From contig JBAXKC010000002.1 of the NCBI GenBank assembly GCA_037137535.1, positions 85,186-149,185 of the forward strand: DNA of 64,000 nucleotides. The letters are read 5' to 3'. Of the stretch, positions 21,450 through 31,237 are shown piece after piece (the stretch's first letter is position 1; every line of letters begins with the position of its first letter). The DNA comes from a bacterium. Lineage in GTDB: Bacteria > Cyanobacteriota > Vampirovibrionia > Gastranaerophilales > JBAXKC01. The translations under genes were made by a program, and so were the position numbers. Below the pieces are notes generated by a model, which saw only the letters and a program-made list of their open reading frames with translations, did not search any database and was not told the origin of the DNA.

Positions 21450-22499
21450 ATGAAAAAAAAATTATTATTCATTCTATCTCTTTTTCTTTTAATATTTATT
21501 TATTCTGCAGGAATTTTAATTAAATTCAACTTTGGCACTTCTGCCACCGACTATTTTAATAAAGGAATGCATCAAATAGTTTTACATAACTATAAAAAAG
21601 CTATTGAGAATTTTAATAAAGCTATTTCAATTAATTTTAATTATTCAGAAGCATATTTTAATAGAGGCAATGCAAAAGAGTATTTAAACGATAAAAAAGG
21701 AGCGATAGAAGACTATAATAAGGCTATATTAAGGAATCCAAACCTTGATTATATGTATATAAACAGAGGAAACGCCAAAAGTAATTTAAAAGAAGCTATC
21801 AAAGACTATAATAAAGCTATTTCAATCAATCCTCATAATCTAGCTGCATATCATAATAGAGCAAATGCTAAAGAGCGCTTAGGCGATTATAAAGGTGCAA
21901 TTAACGATTACACAAAAGCAATCTCTATGACTCAAAAGCCTTTAAGCTACGAATCACGAGGACAAGCTAAACAACATTTAGGTGACTATGCCGGTGCACT
22001 TCAAGATTATAATAAAGCAATTTCTCTTTTTCCAAATTCAGATATGGGTTACATTTTTAGAGCAGGCATTAAATCCGAATTAGGCAATGACAAAGGAGCT
22101 GTTGACAATTATAATAAAGCACTTTCTCTCAATATTAATAAGGATATGGCTTATAACGCTCTAGGTTATTTATACATATTAAATAATGAAACCGATCTTG
22201 CTATTGAAAACTTAGAAAAAGCGCTTACTTTAAATATTAATTCTCCCTGTATATTATCAAATTTAGGTGAAGCTTATCAACAAAAAAATGATATAAATAA
22301 ATCTAAAAAATATTATCAAAGAGCAAAAAAAGTTTACCCAAGTTTTCCTAAATACTTATACAAAGAAGCAATAGAAACCCGACTGAAAAATATAAGAAAT
22401 TCAAAAAGTTGCATAAGACAAGCCTATGCGATGTCCCCAGATGATAAAGAAATTAAAAAACTTTATGACGAATTAATATTAAATTCAAAGAAGGATTGA
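21450..22499 (+). CDS. Tetratricopeptide-repeat protein with N-terminal signal/membrane anchor
   Basis: Repeated AYxNRGxAK…GAIxDYNKAI TPR motifs; hydrophobic N-terminus from ATG 21450. Confidence 0.9.
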   Translation: MKKKLLFILSLFLLIFIYSAGILIKFNFGTSATDYFNKGMHQIVLHNYKKAIENFNKAISINFNYSEAYFNRGNAKEYLNDKKGAIEDYNKAILRNPNLDYMYINRGNAKSNLKEAIKDYNKAISINPHNLAAYHNRANAKERLGDYKGAINDYTKAISMTQKPLSYESRGQAKQHLGDYAGALQDYNKAISLFPNSDMGYIFRAGIKSELGNDKGAVDNYNKALSLNINKDMAYNALGYLYILNNETDLAIENLEKALTLNINSPCILSNLGEAYQQKNDINKSKKYYQRAKKVYPSFPKYLYKEAIETRLKNIRNSKSCIRQAYAMSPDDKEIKKLYDELILNSKKD

Positions 22500-22501
22500 T
22501 T

Positions 22502-23872
22502 ATGACTTCAAATATTGATAAAAAATCAAAAAAGAATTCAATGACTAAAACTATAATATTAAACGTTTCAAAAAAAATTTTTAGTAAACTTCAGCCTCAT
22601 CTTATTTTTTTATTTTGTTTATTAACAACTTTCGCGCTTTATGTGAAACTTCTAAGTTTTTGTAATTATCAAACTCGTTTTTTAATATCGTTAAATATTG
22701 TAATTTATTCGATTAGTGCCATAATTGGTGTTCTTTTAGGGCATATTATTGATAAGTTCATTAAAAAGAGAAATGAAAAAAAACAAAAATTAAAATTAGA
22801 AGAACTAAAAAAGAGTACTAAAACTTTATTAAATCCCAATCCTGAATTGCTTTATAAAGAAATATATGTTGAACAAATTCAATTTGAAGTGGGATATAGT
22901 TTAATAAAAATTGCTGATCCCGAACAAGGAGGAAATGTTGTTCCTTTAATAGATGATCTTAGAGGCAAACTAATTGATAAATTAGGATATATAATTCCGC
23001 CCATAAGAATTTGTGATACTACAACTTTAGAAGAAAATGAATATCAGATTTTAATAAGAGAACAATTTGCCGTTAAAGGCAAAGTTTTTCCATTCCATAA
23101 AATGGCTACAAAAAGAGAATTAATAACAAACAATATTGAAATAAAAGCAGAATGGCAAGAAGAAACGCATCCGATAACAAAAGAAACTGTCTATTGGATA
23201 AAAAATGCAGAAAAAGAGTTTTTGGAAAAAGTTAATCTGATTAATCCAACTGATTTAATGATTGAACATTTAAAAACTGTCTGTATAAATTATTCAGATA
23301 ATCTATTTACTTTAGACAGCACAAAAAAGCTTTTAGAACATAGCAAAAACCTAGCACCAGTTTATTTTGATAATTTGGAGATTTCTTTGAGCCTTTTAAG
23401 AAAAATCCTTGTTAACCTTATAAGAGAAGAAGTTTCAATAAAAGATATTCAATTAATTCTTCAATCATTAATTGAATTAACTGATAAAAAAATTTATGAT
23501 GCTGATTATTTATCAGAACAATTAAGAAAAAAATTTATAAGACTCATTTCTACCAAATATGTTGATAAACAAAATATTTTAACCTGCATTAAAGTGCCTA
23601 CTGACTTTGAACATTTATTTATGCCTAATTCAGATAGTAACAATTTAATACTATCTTTAATAAAATCAATTGAAACTCAAATTAATGAAGCCTATTATAA
23701 AAATGGAACCTATCCAGTTATTTTATGCTCAAATAATATCAGATTAAATCTATTTAGAACATTCAAAGAAAACATTAAAAACCTTACTATAACGGTGTTG
23801 GCAGAAGATGAAATTGCTGAATTTGTTATAATTAATAATATTGCTAATTTTTCAGAACTAAAAGTATTCTAA
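22502..23872 (+). CDS. FlhA/SctV-like protein: cytoplasmic domain with only about 2 TM helices
   Basis: FEVGYSLIKIADPEQGG…LGYIIPPIRICD…LEENEYQI, NLIREEVSIKDIQLIL and PVILCS…IR…VLAEDEI match the FlhA C-terminal domain; the 8-TM/FHIPEP N-terminal half is missing. Confidence 0.85.
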   Translation: MTSNIDKKSKKNSMTKTIILNVSKKIFSKLQPHLIFLFCLLTTFALYVKLLSFCNYQTRFLISLNIVIYSISAIIGVLLGHIIDKFIKKRNEKKQKLKLEELKKSTKTLLNPNPELLYKEIYVEQIQFEVGYSLIKIADPEQGGNVVPLIDDLRGKLIDKLGYIIPPIRICDTTTLEENEYQILIREQFAVKGKVFPFHKMATKRELITNNIEIKAEWQEETHPITKETVYWIKNAEKEFLEKVNLINPTDLMIEHLKTVCINYSDNLFTLDSTKKLLEHSKNLAPVYFDNLEISLSLLRKILVNLIREEVSIKDIQLILQSLIELTDKKIYDADYLSEQLRKKFIRLISTKYVDKQNILTCIKVPTDFEHLFMPNSDSNNLILSLIKSIETQINEAYYKNGTYPVILCSNNIRLNLFRTFKENIKNLTITVLAEDEIAEFVIINNIANFSELKVF

Positions 23873-23891
23873 AATATGTATTTATAGGAAG

Positions 23892-24032
23892 GTGAAATCT
23901 ATTTTAAATACCTTTATATGCTTTATATGGGTAATTGCAGGTGCTAGTTTTTATTTTATCTTAAAACAGATTAAAAAATGGATGGTTAAGAGTATTGAAA
24001 AAAAATTAAATGAAATTAAATTAATAATGTAA
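23892..24032 (+). CDS. Possible 46-aa single-pass membrane protein
   Basis: GTG-started open frame MKSILNTFICFIWVIAGASFYFILKQIKKWMVKSIEKKLNEIKLIM; RBS spacing poor. Confidence 0.3.
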   Translation: MKSILNTFICFIWVIAGASFYFILKQIKKWMVKSIEKKLNEIKLIM

Positions 24033-24108
24033 AAAATAGAAGCGAGTGAAACTTCTGATAATTAAAATACACTCTAATTTTTTTATTAATACTGTTTAAT
24101 TTACCTTA

Positions 24109-24747
24109 TTAACTATAAGGATTTTCGCCTTCTAACATTAACGACAAAGAAATAAAACTTGCTGCCAAGTCTTGATTACAAATATGTATGCCTTCCGGCA
24201 CTTTCAAAGTGGCGGGGGCAAAATTCCATATTGCTTTTATACCCGCTTCTACAATAAAATCAGTAGTATTTTGAGCGTATTCCGTTGGTATAGTCAAAAT
24301 AGCCATTCTGACATTTTGTTTTTTTACAAAATCAGGAAGAGTCGAAATAGGAAAGATTTCTTTATTTGAGATTTTTAAACCGATTTTTTGTGGATCGTTA
24401 TCAAAAATACCCGCAATTTCTAAACCATATTTTTTAAATCCGTCATATTTAGCAAGAGCAATTCCAAGATTTCCTGCTCCTATTAAAAAAGCAGGTTTAA
24501 ATGTTTTAAAACCAAGATAGTTTTCAAGATGTTCTTTAAAATCTTTAATATCAAATCCAATTTTTGGCTTACCGACATAACCTGTTGCAGCAATGTCTTT
24601 TCTTACCTGAGTATCGTCAATAGCAAGAGCATTAGCAATTTTAGCGCTTGAAATGAATTTTTGACCATCGTTAAGCGCTTCACAGAGAATATTATAATAA
24701 TTTGGCAATCTTCTTAAAGTAGGAACTGGAATTGGCTTATTACTCAT
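24109..24747 (-). CDS. rex: Redox-sensing transcriptional repressor Rex
   Basis: PTLRRLPNYY, QVRKD, GAGNLGIAL, IWNFAP. Confidence 0.96.
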   Translation of the reverse strand: MSNKPIPVPTLRRLPNYYNILCEALNDGQKFISSAKIANALAIDDTQVRKDIAATGYVGKPKIGFDIKDFKEHLENYLGFKTFKPAFLIGAGNLGIALAKYDGFKKYGLEIAGIFDNDPQKIGLKISNKEIFPISTLPDFVKKQNVRMAILTIPTEYAQNTTDFIVEAGIKAIWNFAPATLKVPEGIHICNQDLAASFISLSLMLEGENPYS

Positions 24748-24847
24748 AATTTATCTCATTTTCTTTCCCTGGCGATTAACTCCCTAATTAATGGAATTAA
24801 TCGGCAAAGAGGGGAAAATTAATTCCCCTTACTCTGCTTACTTCTTA

Positions 24848-26872
24848 CTAAAGTTTTGGCTCAATTTCACTTTCAAAGATTTCTTTTGCTCTGTCAGAAG
24901 TAGCATTATAAATAAGTTGTCCGTTTACTGACATGTTAGGACCAACTCCGCATTTTTCAAAACAGAATCTGCCTTTAACAGCAACTTTATCTGAAACGTT
25001 TTTATCAGCTACAATTTCAATAAATTTTTGCATTGTGTCATAAGATCCGTTGTTATAGCAACATGTTCCTACACACACTTCAAGTTGTAATTTATCGGTA
25101 TCATCTTCTTTTGTGAAGCTAATGCCGCCTTCAATTCTCTTTTTGCTGTGATAATGAGTATGAAGAAACTCGTGTGCAAGTTCGCTGTTCGGATTTTTTA
25201 ACCATTCTTTGTAAAGTTTTTGAACATCAGTATTTTCATGTGATTTTCTGATTTTATGCTCTACATCAGACTGGTAAATACCTTTCATTCTGTCTTCTTT
25301 AATGGAAGGATCTTTACAGCTTTGCGGCTGACCGCCACCAGTAATACAACCTGCAGGACAAGCCATTACTTCAACCATATCATAATGAGCTTCTCCGCTA
25401 ATAATCTTTTTGCAAAGATCATCAGCTTCGTTTAATGTTGCACAGATAGCAATTTTAAGTTTTTTGCCTTCAAGGTCAACTGAGAACTCTTTAAATTTAT
25501 TAAATCCTCTAGCTTCCTCAACGACAATATTACCCATTGGCTTACCTGTAGCAACTTCATAAGCTGTTCTAAGAGCAGCTTCAAGAACTCCGCCTGTGTT
25601 AGCAAATATAACGCCTGCACCGGATAACATACCGAATGGAGCATCTGTTTCTTCAGGTTCAAGGTTTTTAATATCAATACCAGCTTCTTTAATCATTCTT
25701 GCAAGTTCTTGGGTTGTAAGAACGATATCAATATCAGCTTCGCCACCTTCAGCAAACTCAGGACGTTTTGCTTCAGCTTTTTTAGCAGTACAAGGCATAA
25801 TGGAAACAGTTACAACATCTTTTGATTCAATACCCATTTCTTGAGGTAAGAATTTTTTCATAACTGAACCGAACATTTGTTGTGGTGATCTGCAAGTTGA
25901 AAGATTGTTAAGTAATTGAGGATATTTCAATTCTGCAAATCTTACCCAAGCAGGACAACAACTTGTAAAAATAGGTAATTTTTCGCCTGTTTTAACTCTT
26001 GAAAGAAGTTCTGTTCCTTCTTCCATAATTGTTAAATCAGCGGAGAATGTTGTATCAAATACTTTATCGAAGCCCATTTTTCTAAGAGCCGCAACTATAA
26101 GACCAATTGAATTAGTACCTTTTGGAAGACCAAACGCTTCGCCTAGAGCAACTCTTACAGCAGGAGCAATTTGAGCAACAACTGTCTTTTTCGCATCTAG
26201 AAGAGCTTTCCAGGTTTGCTCTGTCTCAGATTTAATAGTTAAAGCTGCTGTTGGACAAACTTGAATACATTGACCGCAATAAACACAATCAACATCTTTC
26301 ATGTCTTTGCAGAATGCAGGAGTTACAACTGTTTTTGAGCCTCTGCCAGCAAATTCAAGAACTGATTGACCTTGAATTTCGCTACAAGCTCTAACGCAGT
26401 CACCACAAAGGATACATTTATTTGGATCTCTTACTACTGATGGGTTACTGTCATCAATAGCAGATTTTTCTTCTCTTTTACCGAATCTAACTTCTTTAAT
26501 GCCCATTTTTGTTGAAAGATCTTGAAGTTCGCACTCACCTGATTTTTCGCACATTGTGCATTCTCTGTTGTGGTTAGCAAGAAGAAGCTCTAAGGACATT
26601 TTTCTTACTCTTCTTGTTTTTTCGGTATTTACTTTAACTTTAATACCAGCTTCTGGAGGCATTGTACAACTTGATTGTACGCCTCTGCCTTCAACTTCAA
26701 CAACGCACATACGACAAGCACCATATATTGAAAGATCCGGTCTATAGCAGAATGTAGGTACATCTATTCCTGCTTTTCTTATAACTTCAAGAAGGTTTCT
26801 TTCATCGCTGAATTCTACTTCTTTACCGTCTACGAATAATATATTTTTTTTATCTGTTTTAACGTCAACCAT
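24848..26872 (-). CDS. hydA: [FeFe]-hydrogenase catalytic subunit (group A3, bifurcating type) with C-terminal thioredoxin-like [2Fe-2S] domain
   Basis: N-terminal Fe-S motifs; H-cluster motifs FTSCCPAW, MPCTAKKAE, EVMACPAGCITGGGQP; C-terminal CVGTCC…CFEKC. Confidence 0.95.
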   Translation of the reverse strand: MVDVKTDKKNILFVDGKEVEFSDERNLLEVIRKAGIDVPTFCYRPDLSIYGACRMCVVEVEGRGVQSSCTMPPEAGIKVKVNTEKTRRVRKMSLELLLANHNRECTMCEKSGECELQDLSTKMGIKEVRFGKREEKSAIDDSNPSVVRDPNKCILCGDCVRACSEIQGQSVLEFAGRGSKTVVTPAFCKDMKDVDCVYCGQCIQVCPTAALTIKSETEQTWKALLDAKKTVVAQIAPAVRVALGEAFGLPKGTNSIGLIVAALRKMGFDKVFDTTFSADLTIMEEGTELLSRVKTGEKLPIFTSCCPAWVRFAELKYPQLLNNLSTCRSPQQMFGSVMKKFLPQEMGIESKDVVTVSIMPCTAKKAEAKRPEFAEGGEADIDIVLTTQELARMIKEAGIDIKNLEPEETDAPFGMLSGAGVIFANTGGVLEAALRTAYEVATGKPMGNIVVEEARGFNKFKEFSVDLEGKKLKIAICATLNEADDLCKKIISGEAHYDMVEVMACPAGCITGGGQPQSCKDPSIKEDRMKGIYQSDVEHKIRKSHENTDVQKLYKEWLKNPNSELAHEFLHTHYHSKKRIEGGISFTKEDDTDKLQLEVCVGTCCYNNGSYDTMQKFIEIVADKNVSDKVAVKGRFCFEKCGVGPNMSVNGQLIYNATSDRAKEIFESEIEPKL

Positions 26873-26875
26873 TGT

Positions 26876-28738
26876 TTATGCGACCTCCTTGATTGCTTTG
26901 AATGGGCAGGATGATAAGCATGCTCCGCATTTAATGCAATTATCCTGATCAATTGTGTGTACTGCTTTTACTTTGCCTTCAATTGCATTTACAGGACAAA
27001 CTCTTGCACACTTTGTGCATCCTTTACAAAGTTCAGCTTCAATAACGATTTTCTTAAACGCAGTACATTGACCAGCAGGGCAACGACCTTCGTTAATATG
27101 AGCAAGATATTCGTCTTTAAAGTATTTAAGTGTTGAAAGAACAGGGTTTGGAGCTGTTTTACCAAGTCCGCAAAGTGATCCGTCTTTTACTGCAAGAGCT
27201 AACTCTTCAAGTAAATCTAAATCGCTAAGTGCTGCTTTTCCTTCTACGATTCTTTCAAGAATTTTCAACATGTTCTTTGTACCTTCTCTGCAAGGTACGC
27301 ATTTGCCGCATGATTCGTTCTGAGTAAAGCTCATAAAGAACCTAGCAACTTCAACGATACATGTATCTTCATTTAGAACAACAAGACCGCCTGATCCAAC
27401 CATAGCACCAACGCTAAGTAATGAATCATAATCAAGTGGAAGATCTAAATATTCTTCAGTTAAACAACCGCCTGATGGTCCACCGATTTGTACCGCTTTG
27501 AATTTTTTATTGTTTCTGATACCGCCACCGATATCAAAAATGATTGTTCTTAATGTTGTTCCCATTGGAACTTCAATAAGACCTGTATTATTAACTTCAC
27601 CTGTTAAAGCGAAAGTTTTTGTTCCTGCACCTTTTTCTGTACCAAACCCTTTGAACCATTGTGCGCCGTTTCCGATAATTAAAGGAACGTTAGCAAATGT
27701 TTCTACGTTGTTAATAAGGGTTGGCTTTCCAAAAAGACCTTTATTCGCTGGAAATGGCGGTTTTGGTCTAGGCATTCCTCTTTCGCCTTCAATTGAAGCG
27801 ATAAGAGCTGTTTCTTCACCACAAACGAACGCTCCAGCGCCTTCTTTTACATGAAGTGTAAAGTTGAAATCTGAACCAAGAATATTATTTCCTAAATATC
27901 CTCTTTCTTCAGCTTCAGCAATAGCAATTTTTAATCTCTTTACAGCTAAAGGATATTCAGCTCTAACATAAATGTAACCTTCATCAGCGCCTGTAGCATA
28001 AGCTGAAATAGCCATACCTTCAAGCATTTTATGAGGATCGCCTTCCATGATACTTCTGTCCATGAATGCTCCAGGATCCCCTTCGTCACCGTTACAGATA
28101 ACGTATTTTTTATCGCCGATAGCCATTCTTACGAATTGCCATTTTCTACCTGTTGGGAAGCCTCCGCCCCCTCTTCCTCTTAAGCCTGATTCTTCTACTT
28201 CTTTGCAGACTTCTTCAGGAGTCATTGTGGTTAAAATTTTATTTAATGAAGAATATCCGCCAATAGCTAATGTATCGTCAATTTTTTCAGGATCAACTTT
28301 ACCGCAATTACAAAGGGATGTTCTGCATTGTTTTGAATAGAAATTAATATCTTCATTTTTAGCGACAGGCTGATTTGTTTGTGGATCAACATAAAGAAGT
28401 CTTTCAACAATTTCGCCACCAAGTATATGTTTATTAACAATTTCTTCAACATCAGCAAGTTTAACTTTTACATAAGTTACATGTAAATCAGGAATAACTA
28501 CTAATACACCCTGTTCACAGAAACCATGGCAACCTGTTCTGATTGTTGTGAATTTTTTTTCATCTTGAATTGCTGTTACGTTTACGCCCATTTCTTCAAA
28601 TTTTTCGCAAACTTCAATTGAACCGTTAGCAACGCAACCTGTTCCTGCGCAAACAAGAACTCTTGTTCCCATTTGTTTTAGAACTTCTCTGGCACGCTCT
28701 TGTTCTTTGTTTATATCAACTTTAGAAGTTGTTGTCAT
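26876..28738 (-). CDS. hydB: NADH/FMN-binding NuoF-like hydrogenase subunit
   Basis: GLRGRGGGGFPTG, NGDEGDPGAFMDR, GAGAFVCGEETAL, ESCGKCVPCREG, C-terminal 2x[4Fe-4S]. Confidence 0.95.
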   Translation of the reverse strand: MTTTSKVDINKEQERAREVLKQMGTRVLVCAGTGCVANGSIEVCEKFEEMGVNVTAIQDEKKFTTIRTGCHGFCEQGVLVVIPDLHVTYVKVKLADVEEIVNKHILGGEIVERLLYVDPQTNQPVAKNEDINFYSKQCRTSLCNCGKVDPEKIDDTLAIGGYSSLNKILTTMTPEEVCKEVEESGLRGRGGGGFPTGRKWQFVRMAIGDKKYVICNGDEGDPGAFMDRSIMEGDPHKMLEGMAISAYATGADEGYIYVRAEYPLAVKRLKIAIAEAEERGYLGNNILGSDFNFTLHVKEGAGAFVCGEETALIASIEGERGMPRPKPPFPANKGLFGKPTLINNVETFANVPLIIGNGAQWFKGFGTEKGAGTKTFALTGEVNNTGLIEVPMGTTLRTIIFDIGGGIRNNKKFKAVQIGGPSGGCLTEEYLDLPLDYDSLLSVGAMVGSGGLVVLNEDTCIVEVARFFMSFTQNESCGKCVPCREGTKNMLKILERIVEGKAALSDLDLLEELALAVKDGSLCGLGKTAPNPVLSTLKYFKDEYLAHINEGRCPAGQCTAFKKIVIEAELCKGCTKCARVCPVNAIEGKVKAVHTIDQDNCIKCGACLSSCPFKAIKEVA

Positions 28739-28779
28739 TTTGTAAGTTCTCCTATTGTGTTAACTTCTTTATTTCTCAA

Positions 28780-29289
28780 CTATTCTTCTTCTTTTTTCAT
28801 TAACTCATCAATAATAATGCTTATAGCATCTGATGTCATTGCAGGATAAACTTTTTCGTTTATGACTACAACAGGAGCAAGTCCGCAAGCTCCAAGGCAA
28901 CTAACTGTTTCCACACTGAATTTTAAATCTTCAGTAGTTATATTACCGTCTTTAAGACCTACTTTGTTTATAATTGCATTATAAACAGGCATTGAACCTC
29001 TAACGTGGCAAGCAGTTCCATCGCATACTTTTACTTCATATTTGCCTTTAGGATTCAAACTGAATTGACTGTAAAATGTAGCTACTCCATATACACTTGC
29101 AGGTGAAATATCCATAGCTGAAGATACATAAGTAAGAATTTCTTCAGGTAAATATCTATACTGTTCTTGTATGCTTTGAAGAACTGCAATTAAATGCGTT
29201 CTTTTATAGTCATATTTCTTGAGTATTTCATTTACTATCTGAAACTTTTTCTGTCCTTCAAGCATTTCTGCTGTCAGCTTGTCTGTCAT
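28780..29289 (-). CDS. hydC: NuoE-like [2Fe-2S] hydrogenase subunit
   Basis: GVATFYSQF, VCDGTACHVRG, CLGACGLAPV. Confidence 0.95.
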   Translation of the reverse strand: MTDKLTAEMLEGQKKFQIVNEILKKYDYKRTHLIAVLQSIQEQYRYLPEEILTYVSSAMDISPASVYGVATFYSQFSLNPKGKYEVKVCDGTACHVRGSMPVYNAIINKVGLKDGNITTEDLKFSVETVSCLGACGLAPVVVINEKVYPAMTSDAISIIIDELMKKEEE

Positions 29290-29320
29290 TTGTGTCGCTC
29301 CTTTTTAATTGAATGTTCTC

Positions 29321-29932
29321 CTAGAAATATATTATTTCGACTTTTTTACCCATTTTTTCTAGCTTTGTCTTGAGTTGTTTAATTATGTCTATCTTATTAC
29401 CCGTTTTAATCGGCAAATTAAATTGTTGATGAGCAGAATTTTCAGCCTGCCCAACAATAAATCTAATATTTTTAGCACTTTTCATTTCACATGCCAGCTC
29501 TTCAGCAGGATTCTGCGGAACATAGATTGAATTTGAGCAAGCTTTTTCTGAAATAAGTAATTCTTTATTATTAAGTGAAGTGTATGTTATATACTTTTCA
29601 TCTGTTTTAATTTTTTTTGATAAAGGGATTTCACATAACATATCCTTATCAATAATTTCTGCGGTTTTTGATAAGATAATAATTCCTTCGGTAACTATGT
29701 CAATTCCGTCAATTCGCCCTTTAGGAGGAAAACCTGTATCTTTTCCAAGCAAAACTTCTAAATCTCTGTCAAGTTCTCTCGCCATAATCTTTGCAGTAGT
29801 TCCACCACACACAGCTTTTACACCTTGCGATTGTGAATAGAATCTTACCATTTCTGTATCTTTAGATTTATCTTTAGGAGGACCGAAAGCTAGTGTCAGA
29901 TATTCTTTCTCTCCAGTCTTTATTAAGACCAC
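29321..29932 (-). CDS. Stand-alone C-terminal domain resembling hydrogenase-associated SpoIIE-like Ser/Thr phosphatases
   Basis: GPPKDKSKD, VCGGTTAKIMAREL, PPKGRIDGIDIVTEGII, FIVGQAENSAHQ, LEKMGKKV; GTG start after GGAG; no PP2C catalytic domain visible. Confidence 0.7.
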   Translation of the reverse strand: MVLIKTGEKEYLTLAFGPPKDKSKDTEMVRFYSQSQGVKAVCGGTTAKIMARELDRDLEVLLGKDTGFPPKGRIDGIDIVTEGIIILSKTAEIIDKDMLCEIPLSKKIKTDEKYITYTSLNNKELLISEKACSNSIYVPQNPAEELACEMKSAKNIRFIVGQAENSAHQQFNLPIKTGNKIDIIKQLKTKLEKMGKKVEIIYF

Positions 29933-30037
29933 TCTTTTTCTCCAAATGTAGCTAGTTGCTTTATTAAAAACAAACGATTCTACAAAATTTACAATACAAC
30001 CAATATGACGTACAAATATTAAAAAGGTTTTACATAA

Positions 30038-30075
30038 TAGTGAAATTATTTACATTTTCGTGAAAAATTTCACTA
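30038..30075. promoter_or_regulatory. Two tandem Rex operator sites upstream of the hydrogenase-rex operon
   Basis: TAGTGAA-ATTA-TTTACAT (30038-30055) and TCGTGAA-AAAT-TTCACTA (30058-30075) versus the Rex consensus TTGTGAA-N4-TTCACAA. Confidence 0.75.
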
Positions 30076-30274
30076 TTCAATAATATATTAGCATTACAAA
30101 CTTAAATTTCAAGCATTTTTTTTAGCTTATTAATTTAACTTTAAGATACGCTTTAATATTGAATTTAATTCTTTATTAAATAAATATATAATCAGATGGC
30201 TAGACAGTTAGGGCATAAACAAAACTCACTAATTTTGATTAAATAAAATTGTAATTATAAAGGGCTTATTATTA

Positions 30275-31222
30275 ATGCAAACTCCTAAGGTTTCAGTAAT
30301 TATAACAACATATAACAGGGCAGAATTCATAGGAGATACAATTAAATCTGTTCTGACTCAGACCTATCAAGATTTTGAGTTAATAATAATTGATGATGGT
30401 TCTACTGATAATACCAAATCCATAATAGATAAATTTAACGATAAGAGAATTATCTATTATTATCAAGATAACAAAGGGCAAAATCCTGCCAGAAATAAAG
30501 GTATGGAGCTATCCAACGGAGATTATATTGCACATATAGATTCTGATGATACATGGAAAAATACAAAACTTGAAAAACAAGTTAAAATTTTAGATAAATT
30601 TAAAGAGATTGGTCTTGTTTATTGTGGAACAAAACTAATAGATTCAAAAGGACGATTTATTCGTAACCTAAAAATTTATGATTATAACGGTTTTGTTTTA
30701 GAACAACTTATAATGTTTAACTTCTTATATAACGGATCAAATACTTTATTTAGAAAATCATGTTTAGAAAAAATAGAATGCTTTGATGAATCTATTGATA
30801 GAATGACAGATTGGGAATTTTATCTTAAATTTTCTATTTTTTATAAGTTTTATTGTGTGCCTGATTATTTAGTTTTTTATAGAATTCATGATACCAATAT
30901 GAGTGTCAACTATAAAAAATACGAGAAAAATGGATTTAAAATTTTATATAAAGTGTTTAAAAGAGTTTCAGTGAAAAATTCTATTAAACACTTAAAGCCT
31001 TTAGCTTATGCAATGAGATACAGATTTTTAGCTCATAGATGTTTAGACCTTAACAGCAGTAAAGAAATCAGAAAATATGTTATAAAAGCCTTTAAAATTT
31101 GTCCATCAATTTTATATAAGAGCAATATTGCATTAATATTTATACTTTCATTTTGCTCAAAATGGGTTTTAAATGCTTTAAGAAAAAGCCGTAAATATAC
31201 CTATAATTTAAATTGCAAATAA
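30275..31222 (+). CDS. Glycosyltransferase family 2
   Basis: VSVIITTYN, IIDDGSTD, ARNKG, IDSDD, TDWEF. Confidence 0.93.
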   Translation: MQTPKVSVIITTYNRAEFIGDTIKSVLTQTYQDFELIIIDDGSTDNTKSIIDKFNDKRIIYYYQDNKGQNPARNKGMELSNGDYIAHIDSDDTWKNTKLEKQVKILDKFKEIGLVYCGTKLIDSKGRFIRNLKIYDYNGFVLEQLIMFNFLYNGSNTLFRKSCLEKIECFDESIDRMTDWEFYLKFSIFYKFYCVPDYLVFYRIHDTNMSVNYKKYEKNGFKILYKVFKRVSVKNSIKHLKPLAYAMRYRFLAHRCLDLNSSKEIRKYVIKAFKICPSILYKSNIALIFILSFCSKWVLNALRKSRKYTYNLNCK

Positions 31223-31237
31223 ATATATAATAATGAT

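Noticed and set aside
24848-29289. NuoE/NuoF/NuoG of respiratory complex I
   Set aside because: The large subunit has complete H-cluster motifs and no membrane nuo genes are adjacent.
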